Shown here piece after piece: positions 12,711 to 25,246 of a stretch of 60,264 nt of DNA (position 1 is the first letter of the stretch; every line of letters begins with the position of its first letter). The notes beneath the pieces are model-generated. The model searched no databases. It worked only from the letters and a program-made list of their open reading frames with translations, and was not told the DNA's origin. The stretch is from Chiloscyllium plagiosum (Eukaryota). The stretch is from NCBI RefSeq assembly GCF_004010195.1, contig NC_057718.1, positions 31,705,479-31,765,742 on the forward strand, written 5' to 3'. The translations under genes were made by a program, and so were the position numbers.

Positions 12711-14947
12711 TTAAAGTCAAGGAGTTGGCCAATATCCTGCACTCCACAAACTTCCATAGATCAACTATTTCTGTCCTTGTCAATCACTGCCTTCCACATC
12801 TTCAAAGTTCACCTTAGGTCTCCCTTCGGAGCATATGTAAAGGAGCTTGTACCTTTTCAACGTGGTGCAACTGTCACAAACCAGAACCTTTTTATTACTG
12901 TACACAAAAATTTATTTCCTGAATCGTTTCACCTCAGCACCTTTCCCAAGTTGTAAAAGCCTTCTCATCTTTCTGTTCCTGCTTGCAGTCAGCTCTCTGT
13001 AGTTTCTTCCCTGTTCTATTTAGAGTCTTCATTACAAAGTATATTTGAAATATTGTTTTCACACAAAAATTGTTTTATAAATGCAAGTCACTTTTGTGGT
13101 GGATTTTGTAGCTAATCACAGCTTGGATTAAACTTGCAATTAAAACTCCATCAGAATAGAAAATTGTATAAGTATCATTAGAATTGTTCTCAGCTATTTT
13201 GCTATTGCTGTTTCCTGAAGAATATAAAAACAAAGAAGTTTGGGGAAGACATAACAATACCAGTAAACTGATCTGGCACAGTCCACCTGAACAATGGTGT
13301 GTATTGGATCGTACGAAGCGCATTTTAAAATGTTCTATGCGGCAGCTAACAATAGTTCATGCCACAGATACAATATCACAAATGTCCTGCATATCAATTC
13401 TGTTGAAAATTGGATAATTTATTACAATTAAGCAAGTAATCTCAGAAAAACATCTATTTATCTGCACCACTGCTCTCACGTGCAGTAATATTGACCAGAT
13501 AAAAAGGCAGAAATCATTGTTCCTAAAAATTACAAAATTGCAGGTCATAATTAATAGATTGGTTAGAAATGACACTTGCCTTCCTTTGAGTCATGTTTTA
13601 AAGGCATTAGACTAAACTAACTTGCTATTACCCAAGCCACTTCAGAAACACGTTTATGCATATATTTGCAATTAAAACTCCAGAACAAAATGTTAAAAGG
13701 TGATGCCAGTTGTTGTCTGCTCGGAGCAGGGGAAAAAAGTTAGCTCACAATTTCAGGACATCACATCAAGGTTTTGAAGAAAAAAACGTTTCAAAAGGAA
13801 CTCCCTTTAAGAAAGTCAACATAGACCAAAATGAACCCTTTCACAGAAAAATTCCTTCTGCATGCTATGTAATTAAAATTTTAAGCCATTTTATAAAGAA
13901 CAAGCTTACAAACTTGTCAAACACAGAACAGTGCCAATCAAACTTTCAGAACTGTTTCACTGTTAAGCATTCAAAGATGGAAACGGAAAACTTAATGCTG
14001 TTTCAGAAATAACAATATTTGCGATTGTTGACTCACTCCATTCGTTGTAATCCTTCTACCTGGTCTAGTTAGTTGGTCAGCCAGAGAACATGACCTTTGT
14101 TTATCTCATTACATGATTAAATAGCTGCAACGCAAGAGAAGAAACAGGATACCAGATATGTGCATCAGGTATCTGAGAAAAAGTAAAAGGCTGCATTTCC
14201 AAGACAGCTTATTATTCTTAGAACAGTTCTACAAAGCTTTAACCCAATCAGTTGACATGCACTTAATATCCTCTGTCATGCCATGGGGGTGATGACCTTA
14301 TTTTATCTGAATTTCACACGTTAAAAAATAAGCCAAGATTAAATCCAGATAAAACCGTGATAACTGCTAGGTTATGATGCACACATGCAAGTGTGCTTTT
14401 ATAAGGTTACTACAAACCACCTTCCTGTCTCAGATTTCATTGTTAACACAGAAGATTACTTTTACACAAACACCTGCAAATGTTTTGGGATTATACAATT
14501 CAATGGCTCCATGAATGTACAAAATACATTTAGGCCTATTTTCTCTTAGTTAGGCTTTTCATCATCATCATTAACACTAAAATATTTCATATTCTAAATT
14601 TTTCAAATATTTTGAGTGGTGGTAGAGCAGAAGAGATTTCTTATGTTGCATGTTACTACATAAATTGTATAATTTTTTTTAACCACAGAAATTTAAAAAG
14701 ATGAGCTTTGATTAAAAAAAACTTGACAGAGACTGTCATGCTTCAACAAAATATATTGTCGTTGCAATATAAACTGCTGCAAAAATATATTAACTGACAA
14801 TTTTTCTATTTATTACTTTGGTGCACATTGGAATAGCAATTAACATATGACCTCACACAAACTTGGCTTTGTGAAGGGAAACATATTTCAGAAATAAATT
14901 ACTTCCAAATTACTAGGTTAGATCACACCTTCTGTTAGAGCCCTTAC

Positions 14948-15142
14948 CTCGTTGCTGTATTATACGATTCAGGATGGATACATGTCTGATCTAAAGGATT
15001 TGGGTGCATTGAAGTGCCCTGGCTTTTTCCCTTCTTTTTACTAGTTTTCCCAGTTGCTCCCCCTCCGCCACCTGCTTTGGAACTGCTTCCTGCTTCAGCT
15101 GCTGGTTGACCTCCCGTGGCGTTATTAGACTTCTGTTGATTG
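14948..15142 (-). CDS. SRBD1: SRBD1 internal coding exon (195 nt): G/A/S/K-rich linker then NPLDQTCIHPESYNTAT(R)
   Basis: Conserved Tex motif NPLD.T.IHPESY. Acceptor tttcaacag, donor GTAAGG; phase 2 to 2; 281-bp intron (15143-15423) to the previous exon. Confidence 0.94.
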
Positions 15143-15423
15143 CTGTTGAAACCAAATTGGAAGAGTATAAAATGACATGACTGCCTTCAATCTTGCAGAG
15201 TTTCCACTTCAAAAAGTTGTTTTCTAATCATCATCCTAAAACAAGGTCAATCACAATATTTATTTTCTGATACATTCCTGCTTCATCTCTGCCACAAATC
15301 AGTTTAATTGATCTGGAATATTTCTGCATCATTTAACAGCAAAACTACTAGTTTGGACTGTTTTAAGATTACTAACTTGGTTTTCTTTAACAAAAGGACT
15401 AATAGGTTGAAATACTTACTTAC

Positions 15424-15600
15424 CTGCAAAAGTTTTTTATGTTTTCTGGATTAATTCGAATGAAACCAGCACATTGTTGAAATGTTTTTGGACCCAACCC
15501 TTTGACTTCCTTCAGTTGTTCTCTGTTGATGAATGGTCCATTCTTCTCCCGCCATTCAATTATATTTTTTGCTCTACTAGCGTTGAGTCCTGCAATGTGT
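15424..15600 (-). CDS. SRBD1: SRBD1 internal coding exon (177 nt): (R)[58 protein letters not shown](S), helix-hairpin-helix region
   Basis: Tex-family HhH motif (V.GLGPK.FQQCAGF.RI). Acceptor ttccag, donor GTAAGT; phase 2 to 2, in frame with the preceding exon. Confidence 0.96.
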
Positions 15601-16259
15601 CTGGAAAGTAGAAATTAAACAAATATACGACAAATTTGGAGCAAAAATTTTTCAATTGAAGTTTTCCAAGTTGACCCTCTTTAAAAGGTGGAAACACACC
15701 AGAGTTTTGAGAAAAGAAAGCACTTTTGAGCTTTCGTCCTTGGAAGACCTGGAGTACCAGAGCTCGCCGTGCAACTGCTCATAATTCAGAATAAATAATT
15801 CTCGCAACTGTTTCCTGGCTTGGATGTGTTAAAACGTATTAAAGATTTTACACTTAGACAATCCTTAGACTGATAGCACTGAAGTGGCTGAACAAATAGC
15901 TTTTGGAACCATTTGAACTCAGTTCGTTGGTGTGTTCAGGATTAGTTTCTGGGAAAGAGGATGGAAGTAACAGGAAAATAGGCAACTGGCTTTACCCAGT
16001 TTTACGCCTTTTTGCATCCACGCCTGAAAGAAATTATTTCCAAATCATTTATAATTTTACTTCGAAAATTCCAACTAATTTTAGGCCTTCTCCAAGACAC
16101 CTCAAGAAACTGATAATGAGCCACCTTCTTGAACTGCTGGAGCTCACATGGTATTGTTACATCCACAGAGCTATTATGAAGAATGCCCAATTTTCTGACC
16201 CAATAGCAATAAAGGAACATCAATACATTTCCAAGTCAAAATTGTGCACAATTTGGAAG

Positions 16260-17030
16260 CAAACTTGCAATATGGTGCTGCTTCAAGAGTCCTGCAGTTC
16301 TTGGCCTTCTCAGTGTAGAGGTTATAGGTTTGGAAGGTGCTATCAAAGGAACCTCGAGGAGTTGTTGATGAGCAGCTTGTAGACAATACAACTGCTGCCA
16401 CTATACACTGGTGGTAAAGGAAATTAAGATCTAAGGAGATGGGCGGGGCACCAAGCAAGTGGGCCGCTATAATAAATAAAAACTCAGCATGTCTGGTAGC
16501 ATCTGTGGGGAGAGAAACAGAGATAACGTTTTAAGTCCAAATGATTCTTCTTCGGTTGCAGGTTGCTTTGTCTTGGATGGTGGTGATCTTTGAGTGTTGA
16601 TAGAGCTCCATGCATCCAGACAAGTTTGGACAAGATAGACAGCATTCTATCACTCTTAATTTGTACCCATTGGACAGTGGACAGGCATTGGGCAGTGGTG
16701 AGCTGCTCAACACATATTCTTACAATCACAGGAAAGCTTTAGATCAATAGTAAAATTGCTGGTGAGTACTTAGTATTGGCAATGCCATTGAATATTATGG
16801 AGATATTAGATTTTATCTTGTTGGAACTGGTTCAAATGTTGTTTGCCATTTATTAACCCTGGCCTGAATATAGTCCATTTCTTATTAAATGTGGGTACAG
16901 ACTGCTCCAATATCTGAGGAATTAACTGTAGACTGTGCAATCATCAGCTAACAGCATAACGTCTGATATTATTATTGAGAGAATATCATCAGTTAAGCAA
17001 CTGAAAGATGGTTGCGTCTAGGAAACTAGG
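16260..17030 (-). mobile_element. CR1-group LINE 3' ORF fragment, interrupted by a Penelope tail at ~16480-16555
   Basis: Reverse complement resembles 58300-58900. The insert aactcagcatgtctggtagcatctgtgg...aacgttttaagtccaaatgattcttcttcgg has a decayed hammerhead-like core on the minus strand. Confidence 0.6.
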
Positions 17031-17064
17031 TCGCCAGCTATACATAGACAAAGTCTCTTCAACA

Positions 17065-17260
17065 TCACAGAGTCATATAGCACAGAAACCAGTCCTTGCT
17101 GAACATAATCCCAAACTAAATCCCACCTGCCTGCTTCTGACTCATATCATTCCAAACCTTTACTATCCATGTACTTATCCAAATGTCTTTCAAATGTTGT
17201 ATTTGTACCCACATCCACACCTCCACAGGAAGTTCATTCTGCACACAAACCACCCTCTGG
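17065..17260 (-). mobile_element. CR1 3' tail fragment
   Basis: Similar to 55312-55540 and to the reverse complement of 46020-46230. Confidence 0.65.
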
Positions 17261-17524
17261 TGTTCCACAGATTTCTTTAATAAAAACACAGCATTTTGGA
17301 TAACTTTTGGGAAGAGTGAGCAGACTAAACGGGCCCTATAATCTTTTTAGGCTTGGCAGTCCCAATTCTAGTGAGTGCACTCCTTCAACAGGTACACATG
17401 CTAGAGTAGAATTTCATGATGAGTTACAGGAGAATGTATCTAATGATGTACAGGACAAAGAGCAGGCTGTGGTGAAACAGGAGTATGAATCTGTGATTCA
17501 CAGACTCAGCTTACTTGAATCTGA

Positions 17525-17693
17525 GCTGAAAATGTGTTGCTGGAAAAGCGCAGCAGGTGAGGCAGCATCCAGGGAACAGGAGAATCGACGTTTCGGGCAT
17601 AAGCCCTTCTTCCTGATGCTGCCTGACCTGCTGCGCTTTTCCAGCAACACATTTTCAGCTCTGATCTCCAGCATCTGCAGGCCTCACTTTCTC
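17525..17693. mobile_element. Fold-back (inverted) Penelope-tail insertion
   Basis: 15-bp TSD cttacttgaatctga (17510-17524 and 17694-17708); two opposite-orientation arms meet at 17612-17615. Confidence 0.9.
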
Positions 17694-18362
17694 CTTACTT
17701 GAATCTGAAACAAATGGGCCCAAGCATTCAGACGTGAATGGCATAATGCAAAATAAAAATATGTCTGAATGCTGATCAATTATACAGACATTTGAGAGGG
17801 TGGAAAGGCATTTTAGTTTTAGTGATGCCAGTCTGGAGCAGACCACTATCCTCAGTCATGATAAGGACTGTAATTTGCTTGCAATAAAAGCTAAAAAGTG
17901 AGGGGTTATTTAGTCAAAGCAAGGTGAAATAAAGTAAAATAAAATATGAATGCATTAGATGAAAGTACTTAGATTAAAAAAATCAATTTGAGAGCCTGAT
18001 ACACTCCATTAGTGTCTGCCAAGAAGCTTCAGCAGAAAGGGTTTCTGCTTCCTTCTGCTCATCCTAGATGCATCATTCGTTACTTCAAATAGCCACTCCA
18101 ACTTTATGTCACACAATTCCATAGTATGCATACCATGATTATCTCACAAACTTTGGCTAGGCTGTATCATCAAATACCTATTCATCTATAAAGATATTCG
18201 AAGCATTGTCTCAACACGTCTAGTGAACTATATCATGATTTTAGTAGTTGCATGCAAATAAATGCATGTCATGAATCAGTTGCAACCAGATACTTCCTCA
18301 GTTCCAACTCCCCAGTTTGCTTTTGTGTATCAAATAATGGATGCAGGTTGAGCTCTTTGACT

Positions 18363-18981
18363 CTGATAGTGTCAACCATTTGCAGAGTTTGCCTGTAGGT
18401 CAAACCATTTTTGTCACAATTCTGGCACATACTTCCTTGTGATCACACTGCACGAAGGCAGAATTCTTCTTATAAACCTATAAGAGTGCCTTTCTGCATC
18501 TGGAATCTAGAGCACGGTAAATACAGGCAGTTACAAACAAGTGTTGTGCTTTGACACCATGAATGCAGTGTCATTAAATGTAGAAAAGCATTGATCATGT
18601 GATTGCAATCATGCTCTAAAATTAAGGAAATCGACAAATGAGAAAATGTTTGCTTCATGATGACGTTAAGTGTTCACTGGAAAGGTAACAAAATTATTTA
18701 CTCAAATGGTCAGTCATCTGCTTGACACATCTATGCACTACAACTTGATGACAAAATCTCTTGTTGAAACAGTATTAATATTGACATTCAGGGCAAGGTT
18801 GAACTTGACAGAACTGATAGTGTCAACCATTTGCAGAGTTTGCCTGTAGGTCAAACTATTTTTGTCACAATTCTGGCACATACTTCCTTGTGATCGCACT
18901 GCATGAAGGCAGAGTTCTTCTTATAAACCTCTTAGAGTGACTTTCTGTATCTGGAATCTAGAGCATGGTAAATACAAGCAG
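18363..18981 (+). repeat. 168-bp direct repeat pair (18363-18530 and 18814-18981) with a 283-bp spacer
   Basis: By-eye alignment gives 10 mismatches in 168 bp and no indels. Confidence 0.9.
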
Positions 18982-20367
18982 GCTGTCTCAGGTGCAATCT
19001 CAAGTGTTTGTATGTTCTGTCAATATTCTCATAGAAAGGAAAGGTCAATTCAAATGAAGATGCATTTGCTAAAATCTTTGGTACAAAGTATTGAAATAAC
19101 TGATTTCGTAAAGATACTATTTGGCACAGCAGTATTCTGGCAAAATAGGCATATATTACAAAATTACTGGCCTATTTAGCATAAAATTGTTTTTCTGAAG
19201 TGAAGAAAGTTATGAAGCAGCAATACATGGAGAAGTGATGACATCTCAAAACTTAATATTGCATTTGAGTCAGACCTATATTTAGACAGCCATAAGCAGA
19301 GGCCTATCTTTTCCATTGCTGGAAAATCTATGACAGAGATGTTTTGGCTGCTCCGGAAGGGCCTTTATCTGATTTCATGAATTCTAAAGAAAATGTAATT
19401 CAGTTTGTACTGATTGTTTTCAACCCATTTTCTTCTATCAACATTGACTAATTTCATCTCAAAGTGTGAAACAGAATGTATTAGATGGGAAGCAAGCAGT
19501 AACAATTGCAATGACAGACTTTGCCTTTAAATTCATCTTTTTCCATTAAGTTTTTTCTGCTAAGATAAAATAATACATATATGAGGATAAGCCTCAAGTT
19601 AGACTGTTCTCTGTTGGTTCCTAAAAAAAAGTACTAATTCAAACAGTAAAACTTCTAAACATCTATTTGCCAGATGAAGAAATTACATCTAGTAGTTGAA
19701 GTTCTCCAACATGTCCTGAGTTTATAGGTTTAAAAACAGAGAAACAATATGGATAATGAATATTATTTATAGTAACAAAAAACAAGAAGCAAATACTTAT
19801 CATAAAGAAAAGTACAACTTAGGCATAGGAGGCTCACGTGTTTGTGAGACCTCAAAACACCATATGTAGAGACATTAAAACTTTAGGAACAAATGTACAC
19901 CAACCTATGCATGCCTCCATAACACTCAATAAACCCATAATGAATAGCGGAAATTTGTCAGAAGACACTATTGTAAATGCTTTCAGAAACAAATATATAC
20001 TTCATACATAAATAGTTTCATTCTCGAAATTAAAACGCAATAACTTTATTCATTGACAAAACATAAAAACATTTTTTTAAATGCATATATACACATGTTC
20101 ACCTTAGTACAAAGTCTTCATTTAACTAAGTCTGTAATTCATAGCTTGACAGCATTTTCTTTAATGCCCTTCATCCCATTTTTTTTCAAAGGAAGACATT
20201 TAGTATTGTGCAAGTAAGGTACTGCCTAAACTTGTCATTCCCCATACAGCTGGTAGTCTATATCAAGACCACAAAGCATCAGCTGAAATTAAGTTAAAAG
20301 ACAGTCTAAACAGAGACCCTGTGATCAACTGCCATGCAATTACAGCACTGAACAATAATCTGCCTAC

Positions 20368-20474
20368 CTCATAAGGGTTTCCGAGCTGATGTTGATATCC
20401 ACTCCCACAAAGCTGACACATTCTTCAACCACACTGTCCAAGGTGGCTTTAAGTAAAGTCTGGGACACATCATG
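20368..20474 (-). CDS. SRBD1: SRBD1 internal coding exon (107 nt): [35 protein letters not shown](R)
   Basis: Manual translation matches the Tex/SRBD1 segment (Q)HDV..L...LD.VVE.CV..VGVD.N. Acceptor tttcag and donor GTAGGC; phase 0 to 2. Confidence 0.95.
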
Positions 20475-20689
20475 CTGAAACAAAGCAGCAATCATTGTTT
20501 AGAATGTACCCGAAAAAGTCTTAAAACTGTTCAAGCTTTATAATATACCACAAATGACAATGGGTTATTCTTCAAATAAAATGATAATATAGTCTTCCTC
20601 TTAAAGCTGCACAGGTGCCAGTACATTCCCACCTTCCATAATATTTTATTTCTAAGAAAGTGCTTTGAAATATCTTTTCCACGGGATGA

Positions 20690-21360
20690 AAATTAAAACT
20701 GTGGTTGCGTGGAATGCACTGCCAGCACTGGTAGGAGAGTCAGATACATTAGGGACATTTAAGCGACTCTTGGATAGGCACGTGGAAGATAGTACTATGA
20801 AAGATATGTAGATTAGCCTGATCTTAGAGGAGGATAAAAGGCCAGCAAAACATTGAGGGCCGAAGGGCCTGTACTGTTCTATGTATAATCTTGTAATTTA
20901 TGTACATTGACAGAACAAAGTGGAGAATCATTGATGATCAAGACTGAGCATTTTAGGCCTACACTCTCTGGAGTTTAGAGAATGCAGGAAGATCTAATTA
21001 AGGTATATAAAATGCTAAAGCGCACTGACAAAATAGATGTAGAGAGGATGTTTCCTTATGTGGCGCAATCTAGAATCATAATTTTAAGATAAGGGGTAGC
21101 AAATACAAAACAGAGATGAGAAGAAATGACTTCCCTCAGAGAGTTGGGTATCTTTGGAATTCACTATCCCAGAGTGTGGAGGATGCCAGGACACTGAGTA
21201 AATTTAAGAGATAGACAGACAAATCTTTAATTAAAATGAGTTGAAGGATTATGGACAGTAGATACGAAAGTGAAGTTGAGGCCAAGATGAGATCTTGCGT
21301 AGTGAAGGAGGCTTGAGAGGCTGAATTGCCTATCCTAGTTCCCAGTTCTTGCTTATGTTC
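20690..21360 (+). mobile_element. Two adjacent CR1 3' fragments (~20690-20885 and ~20940-21360)
   Basis: gggccgaagggcctgtactgttctatg tail; C-terminal ORF2 remnant (ctctggagtttagagaatgcagg...). Confidence 0.75.
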
Positions 21361-21454
21361 TTCTGTGATCAACTTTTGAAAATGCTGTGAGCTGTGGAGC
21401 TGAATAGATCATTAATAACTTGTAGTTGATAATAGCTATTGTGACTTGGAGATA

Positions 21455-21795
21455 GTCAGACTGGATAAAGAGCGAAGCTGGAAAAAAGCACAGCAGGAGA
21501 AAGTGAGGACTGCAGATGCTGGAGATCAGAGCTGAAAATGTGTTGCTGGAAAAGTGCAGCAGGTCAGGCAGCATCCAAGGAGCAGGAAAATCGATGTTTC
21601 GGGCATGACCTGCTGCGCTTTTCCAGCAAAAAGCACAGCAGGTCAAGCAGCATCAGAGGAGAAGGGGAGTTGACATTTTAGGTTGGAACTTTTCATCAGG
21701 ACTAGTGAAAGGTTGCGACCTGAAACATCGACTCCCTTTCTTCTCTGATGCTGTTTGACCTGCTGTGTTTTTTTTCAGCTCCACTCTGTATCCAC
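21455..21795. mobile_element. Older fold-back Penelope-tail element carrying a nested younger Penelope-tail insertion (21498-21627)
   Basis: Inner insert is flanked by a 15-bp duplication aaaaagcacagcagg (21483-21497 and 21628-21642). Outer arms are inverted around two decayed hammerhead cores at ~21670-21730. Confidence 0.8.
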
Positions 21796-22524
21796 AAAAG
21801 CTATTGTAACAATCATACTCCTGAGCTTTATAATTAGCCTCAAAGGGCTAGTGTGACAGATAACTATAGTATTAGAGCATCTGATTTATGAGCTCTTCTC
21901 GCCATGTGCTCCATCTCTTCATTAGTGTCACTGTAGTGATGCAAATGAATATTGTGTGGAAATCAGCTGATTCACATAACTCCATTATTCTTCCAACAAA
22001 GCAGTCCATTGAGCCACAGATGCATGATTCAATTCCCTGCTTCCTACTCAATAATCTACAGAAGACCCCTCAATCTTCCTCTTATCCTCACTGTCAATTC
22101 CTCCCTTGCTCAGGTTTGGGTCCTACAATTTTGTTTTTCCAGCTAGATCTATCTACCTAGGTCCACCTCCTCACCTAACTCCCATTCACTAGGCTGCTTG
22201 TTTTCTCTACCACAAGTACATCCTCTTACTGGCATTGGGAATTGCTTTGCAGGATGGTTTAGAGGCTGAAATTGGCTGCAAATTGATAGGGATGTGGGTG
22301 AATGCTTAGACGGTTAAAATAACATTTTCTCAGATTCTGTAGAAGTTCACTTTAGTGAAAAACCGATACAAGAGTTTTCAAACAAAGAGAAATCCTGAAA
22401 ATGGGAGACTTAAAAAGACCAAAGTAGGTGTGATTATTTATGATTTAGGTATACCCCAATATTATTACACATAGCAATATGAATGGTAGCTCACAGGAAC
22501 CTAATTTGATTTTTGATTACACAT

Positions 22525-23401
22525 TGTACTGCCCACGAGGCTCAACTGCCATAAATTGAGCCCTGCTATTCCTAGAGTCATATCAAACATTAATTTATTT
22601 CTTTTAAAGTACACAAAGTACTCCAATTAATCTGCCTTTCAGTTCAAGGTTAATACAAAGCACGGACCAGTTTTCTGTACTCAACAGAAAATACTTAAAC
22701 ATAAGTAGACTATAGCTGCACATAAGCACCAGTATATAACACAACTAAAATTCGAATCCCCTTACAAACTCCCCCTATCTACACACACAGACAAACAAAT
22801 AGGGAAACTTGATGAGTTGCAGTGGTAGAGAAAAACTAGAAAGTCAGTTCAGTGGTCTTCATGACCCAATTCCCATGTTGTGAAAATCCTACTTCAGCTA
22901 GCCAGGCCCTTGGTGTTCACAGTTGTCTCTCTCTAAAAGCTTTCACTGGCTTATATGGAATGCGTAACAACTGATCCACTCAGAAAATCCCTGATTTATC
23001 TATTCACAAATTACAGCTAACAGCAATTGCTGCAGAGAAGGTAACTGGTTTTCTTCAAGCTTAAACTGAGCTTTTACTGCAGAGAGTAGGCAGCTTCTGC
23101 TGGGGAGAAAAACAGAAAACCCTTCTGTTATTTCTCTGTGTGTCTATATCTTTGTAACTTGCTTCTACTTCCAACCAGCTCAGTTAAATGAGAACCAATC
23201 GGCTTCATTGTAAACGACTCTTGGCTCTTGTACAATTGCAGGAACTCGTAGGCATAAAAAAAGAGTTCACAAGAGGCAACAAAGTTCTCCTGTGATATTA
23301 TGTAGCCATACTGGTAAAGCACTGTTTTTATTTAAAGTTTTTTTTCTCCTGCAGCCCACAGATTTTAAAAGGCACAACAATAAAAAGACACAGTTCTTAC
23401 A
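22525..23401 (-). mobile_element. Solo LTR-like element
   Basis: TGTA...TACA termini; reverse-complement similarity to 241-282 plus 7113-7999; no clear TSD. Confidence 0.55.
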
Positions 23402-24345
23402 ATGTATACATAAAGTCTAAAATAGATTCCCTACTCCCAAATGCAGAGTAGGCTAGGCTTAGCTATGGGAATGGTTTTCTGGAACTCCTGGACACCATTT
23501 CAAGAAAAGGAAATTGTTAAGCAATGTTTTCAAAAAGCACAATCATCAGATTGTCTTAATCATGTAAATTTAAACAATATTACTCAGGACCTTAACTAGT
23601 TCAAATCAGAATAAGATTATGCCACAAAAGTGACTGAGTGTAGTGAGATAGGAAGCACAAATTAAACCAGGGTAGATGCCAAACGTTTAGTCCCGTAAAA
23701 ATACAGATTAAACACTCATGCAGGTGAACACGAAAGCCCCAACAGTTTTCTCTCTGTGTAGAGTTTAAGAAATGCTCATTTCTTAGAGAGCAGCTATTGG
23801 TGAGCACAGACTCTTTAAATTAGATTTCCACTTCTGTTACATTACCCTGTTTTTTCAAAAATGTGCAGTACATGACCTGAACTAAACATGAATCTCAGGC
23901 TGGAATACAAGAAAGACAAGCAAAACCATTAGCCTGTTTTATACATCAGTTGCTTTTCATATGATTTAAGCACCCAATTTCATTGGTGCACTTCTAAGTT
24001 GATGTTGGACCTTTTGCAAATATTACGAAATCACAAGAGAGGTGGAAGGAATAAATTATAACATTAATTTTCAGAGTTGGAGGTCCTTTGAAATCAGTGG
24101 GTAACAGAACTTTTTGATAGTATTCCAGGATCGGACACAAGATCCCAAGGACTGCAACCAAATCCCGTAGGCTCAATGGATTTCCTGATGGAGGCAAGCC
24201 TGTACGAGGAGTGTAGCCGGATCATTCTGCTGGCCCAGCCCAATATCACCTAAAACATTTTCGATACACCCTGCTTGTCCTGCACAAAGAGGGGTAGGGA
24301 ATAAAGAGGGATACATTGGACCAACATGTAAATTCAGATCTAGAA

Positions 24346-24797
24346 TTTAGGCCCCCCAATAGCAGCAGAGATGTGGAGAAACAGATTGGGAAACAGATTT
24401 TGGAAAGGTGCAGAAGCCACAGGGTAGTAGTCATGGGCGATTTCAACCTCACAAATATTGATTGGAAGCTCTTTAGATCAAGTAGATTGGATGGGGCGGT
24501 GTTTGCGCAGTGTGTCCAGGAAGCTTTTCTAACACAGTATGTAGATTGTCCGACCAGAGGGGAGGCCATATTGGATTTGGTACTCGGTAATGAACCGGGA
24601 CAAGTGATGGGCTAGTTAGTGGGTGAACATTTTGGTGATGGTGACCACAATTCTGTAACTTTCACCTTGGTTATGGAGAGAGATAGGTGCGTACAACAGG
24701 GTAGGTTTTACAATTGGGGGAAGAGTAATCACGATGCTGTAAGACAGGATCTGAGGAGCATAAGTGGGGAGCAGAGGCTGTCAGGGAAGGATGTCGT
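24346..24797 (+). mobile_element. CR1 LINE ORF2 endonuclease fragment (runs into gap)
   Basis: RPPNS, VVMGDFN, PTRGEAILDLVL and GDGDHNSV AP-endonuclease motifs. Confidence 0.9.
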
Positions 24798-25246
24798 NNN
24801 NNNNNNNNNNNNNNNNNNNNNNNNNNNNNNNNNNNNNNNNNNNNNNNNNNNNNNNNNNNNNNNNNNNNNNNNNNNNNNNNNNNNNNNNNNNNNNNNNNNN
24901 NNNNNNNNNNNNNNNNNNNNNNNNNNNNNNNNNNNNNNNNNNNNNNNNNNNNNNNNNNNNNNNNNNNNNNNNNNNNNNNNNNNNNNNNNNNNNNNNNNNN
25001 NNNNNNNNNNNNNNNNNNNNNNNNNNNNNNNNNNNNNNNNNNNNNNNNNNNNNNNNNNNNNNNNNNNNNNNNNNNNNNNNNNNNNNNNNNNNNNNNNNNN
25101 NNNNNNNNNNNNNNNNNNNNNNNNNNNNNNNNNNNNNNNNNNNNNNNNNNNNNNNNNNNNNNNNNNNNNNNNNNNNNNNNNNNNNNNNNNNNNNNNNNNN
25201 NNNNNNNNNNNNNNNNNNNNNNNNNNNNNNNNNNNNNNNNNNNNNN
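24798..25246. other. Assembly gap
   Basis: Run of N. Confidence 1.

Noticed and set aside
1..14947. Next downstream SRBD1 exon
   Set aside because: No convincing match found; probably left of the window.
14991..15212. 73-aa minus ORF overlapping the SRBD1 exon
   Set aside because: Wrong frame; the spliced frame gives the conserved NPLDQTCIHPESY.
15700..15750. gagctttcgtcctt as half of another hammerhead (minus strand GGACGAAAGCTC)
   Set aside because: No CUGANGA box nearby; insufficient evidence.
15903..16382. 159-aa plus ORF
   Set aside because: No recognisable motif; its 3' part is antisense LINE sequence.
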